From Crocinitomicaceae bacterium (lineage in GTDB: Bacteria; Bacteroidota; Bacteroidia; Flavobacteriales_D; Crocinitomicaceae), in the NCBI GenBank assembly GCA_044338805.1, contig JBIIWQ010000001.1:1-37125 (forward strand): a stretch of DNA of 37,125 bases. Reading direction: 5' to 3'. Below are positions 36,101 to 37,125 of the stretch, in pieces (positions within the stretch are counted from its first letter, which is position 1; each line of letters begins with the position of its first letter). A program made the position numbers and the translations under genes. Below the pieces are notes generated by a model. That model was not told the origin of the DNA, searched no databases, and saw only the letters and a list, made by a program, of their open reading frames with translations.

Positions 36101-36214
36101 ATATGCATCAGTGACTCCTGTCATGTTTGAACAAGAATATTCATTGATAATGACTTGGGAGCTTGCTTTAAAAGAAAGAAATAAGAGGATAAATGCGTAA
36201 AATATTGTTTTCAT
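33179..36214 (-). CDS. LTD - CHB_HEX_C-like - CotH kinase-like - thrombospondin type 3 repeats - type B T9SS C-terminal domain protein
   Basis: LTD: VIINEYSC...DWVELYN...[10 protein letters not shown]. Fn3-like: [22 protein letters not shown]. CotH: [27 protein letters not shown]. At least 6 DTDGDG-type calcium-binding repeats. C-terminus: [16 protein letters not shown]...[10 protein letters not shown]...WDGSYKGQP...GVYAYILEV. Confidence 0.85.
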   Translation of the reverse strand: MKTIFYAFILLFLSFKASSQVIINEYSCSNMTGVTDAYGNREDWVELYNMGAAPVDLTGYYLSDKSTNLQKWMIPSGSIAANGYKMVYCTKRNTVNGTQYHPNFSLTQTRGDWIILVNSALNVSDSIKIVHMTKADHSVGRSTNAAPDWKLFTIPTPNAANVGAQNFYTPKPVVSLAPGFYAGAQSATITCSDPTATIRYTINGQNPTATSTLYSGPVPINATMVLRAAAFSTNQPSFIETNSYFINVTHTLSVVSVCSQGVFNLVANGNQTPVVGAFELFEDDGTFIDEGQGDFNKHGNDSWAYDQRGFDYITRDEFGYAAGLEHQIFPDSPRDQFQRVILKPAASDNYSFENGAHIRDAFIHTLSIRADMNLDERTWRPCVVYVNGVYWGVYEIREKADDHDYTDFYFDQNKYNLQYLKTWGATWEEYGAPNAQPAWNSLRNFISTNNMGVPANFANVDTLLSWRSLCDYFVFNSYVVNQDWLNWNTAWWRGMNPNGNHRRWRYTLWDMDATFGHYTNYTGIPDATANADPCNAENLPNPGGQGHTDILEKLINENPVVEQYYITRYIDLVNTYFSCDYMLNLLDSMVAEIDPEMSAQCTTWGGTYTGWQSRVTQLRNFITLRCTALEQGLIDCYSLTGPYATTFDVSPPLSGEIRVNSVWAPTYPWATTYYGGITTNIIARPLPGFMFDHWEYTTGPLSNVITEDTNSLNITGIENIVAFFIPDNPDLDGDGCLNVDEVIAGTNPNNPDTDGDGENDCAETGVDPLNPLDTDGDGIIDALESSIDETDPANTDPCIPNPNAGPCDQDGDGLTNSQEATAGTNPTNPDTDGDGINDGAEITASTDPINPCDPDNFFPGCQNDSDGDGLLDAQEGVFGTDPTNPDTDGDGLNDGVEVGNGTDPLDECDPNSSGVNCINGIYLPSGFSPNGAGNALNENWAIIVGKDVKSFTLSVYDRWGNLILKTTDNNFKWDGSYKGQPCNAGVYAYILEVNYMNGTSEMRSNNVTLIR
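33500..34050 (-). repeat. intragenic DNA repeats encoding TSP type 3 (DxDxDGxxD) units
   Basis: The segment CCATCTGTATC[AT]GGATT[AG]TTGG on the + strand recurs about 5-6 times. It generates spurious antisense ORFs with PSPSVSGL repeats. Confidence 0.7.
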
Positions 36215-36368
36215 TTTCTAGTATTTAGTTTTGCAAAAGTCTTTTTTCAGGACCTAATTTAGGTTAATATTATCATAATATTAAATTATTCCCTAATTTA
36301 GTGACGAATAAAACAGTGGAATGGTTGTATTCCTATATTTTTCGGTTAATTTTTTATTTTAAAATAGT

Positions 36369-36767
36369 ATGTATAAAATAATCTCTCTTTCATTAATATT
36401 TTCAACTTTTTTGCTTTTTAATTCTTGTAAAAAAGTAGAGGGTCAAGGTGGTTCTTCAACAATTAAAGGATTAATTAATGTAAAAAAATATACTTTAGTT
36501 GGCACGCTATCTGCTGAATATCCTGGAGCTGAAGTTGACGTTTATATCGTTTATGGTGCAGGGAATACTTTTTATAATGATAAGACCAAAACAAGCTATG
36601 ACGGTAGCTTTGAGTTTAACTATTTAGAAGAAGGTGATTATACTATTTTTGTTTACGAAGATGACAATAGTGTCGCAAGTGGCAAAAAGGAAGTAATAGT
36701 TACGACAACTATTGACAGCAAAAAATCTACAATTGATTTGGGTACAATTAACACAAAAAAATTGTAA
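36369..36767 (+). CDS. small lipoprotein, carboxypeptidase-regulatory-like beta-sandwich
   Basis: Lipobox-like FNSC. Then STIKGLI...GAEVDVYIVYG...SYDGSFEFNYLEEGDYTIFVY. Confidence 0.6.
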   Translation: MYKIISLSLIFSTFLLFNSCKKVEGQGGSSTIKGLINVKKYTLVGTLSAEYPGAEVDVYIVYGAGNTFYNDKTKTSYDGSFEFNYLEEGDYTIFVYEDDNSVASGKKEVIVTTTIDSKKSTIDLGTINTKKL

Positions 36768-36768
36768 C

Positions 36769-37125
36769 ATGTTTCGTGTACTTTTGTTTTCAATATGTTT
36801 GCCTTTTCTCTCAATAAGCCAACAATCTTCAGGCAAAAGTTGGACTTCTATTGGTGTAAAAGGACGGTTAAATAAGAAATTAGACTGGGCAGCGTCATTT
36901 ACTGGTCGAATTGGTGGTTTTAATGATCAAATTTATTTTCCGCAAGTTTCAATTAAATATAAAGTTACGAAGTGGTTCCGACCATCAGCAGATTATAGAG
37001 CTATATTTGCTTTAAATAAATACGGAAATTATTCCTTTACCAACCGTTTAAATTTTAATGCTGAGTTTAAGCATACATTAAACCGATTTTCTCTTTCGGC
37101 TAGAATAAGATATCAGTACTCATTT
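36769..37125 (+). CDS. outer-membrane beta-barrel-like protein (possibly DUF2490 family), 3'-partial
   Basis: The ATG lies 1 nt after the upstream TAA. The frame is open for 119 codons to the window end. Signal peptide ending ISQ, then alternating-strand pattern ...RLNFNAEFKH...SARIRYQYSF. It is absent from the ORF track because it has no stop. Confidence 0.5.
   Translation, partial: MFRVLLFSICLPFLSISQQSSGKSWTSIGVKGRLNKKLDWAASFTGRIGGFNDQIYFPQVSIKYKVTKWFRPSADYRAIFALNKYGNYSFTNRLNFNAEFKHTLNRFSLSARIRYQYSF

Overview
AT-rich chromosomal segment that looks like Bacteroidota, probably Flavobacteriia. The evidence is three type A and one type B T9SS C-terminal sorting domains, a PorP/SprF gene, TAnnTTTG promoter motifs, and Gln at the +1 position after signal peptides. 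All calls rest on motif recognition by eye; no search or folding tool was run.

Most of the window is housekeeping backbone: purD-purQ, pheS, lspA, a DksA/TraR-like gene, an ftsE-like ATPase, tryptophan 2,3-dioxygenase, a bestrophin-like channel, an acyl-CoA thioesterase, a HAD phosphatase, a CNNM/CBS/CorC protein, a GAF/MsrC-like protein and a PolB-like exonuclease. Interleaved with these are secreted or surface proteins: T9SS cargo, lipoproteins, a very large TPR protein with a putative porin, glutaminyl cyclase and an S51 peptidase.

Accessory or unusual content:
1. The left 2.5 kb looks like the end of an integrated element (MORN/YwqK-like protein, an unknown ORF, RadC-JAB). It is bounded by an orphan 3' half of tRNA-Asn followed by a terminator, which I read as an attR-type scar.
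2. A 1011-aa LTD-CotH-TSP3 protein carries a type B T9SS domain and sits 3 nt upstream of a PorP/SprF gene.
3. Two convergent intergenic regions are filled with complex tandem repeats (7624-7815 and 14936-15443). There is also a MITE-like inverted-repeat element at 4631-4758.
4. Two 126-aa lipoprotein genes are tandem duplicates.

No CRISPR array, rRNA or intact tRNA was seen. I did not identify a clear-cut novel multi-gene system. The island end and the CotH/PorP locus are the best candidates for follow-up.
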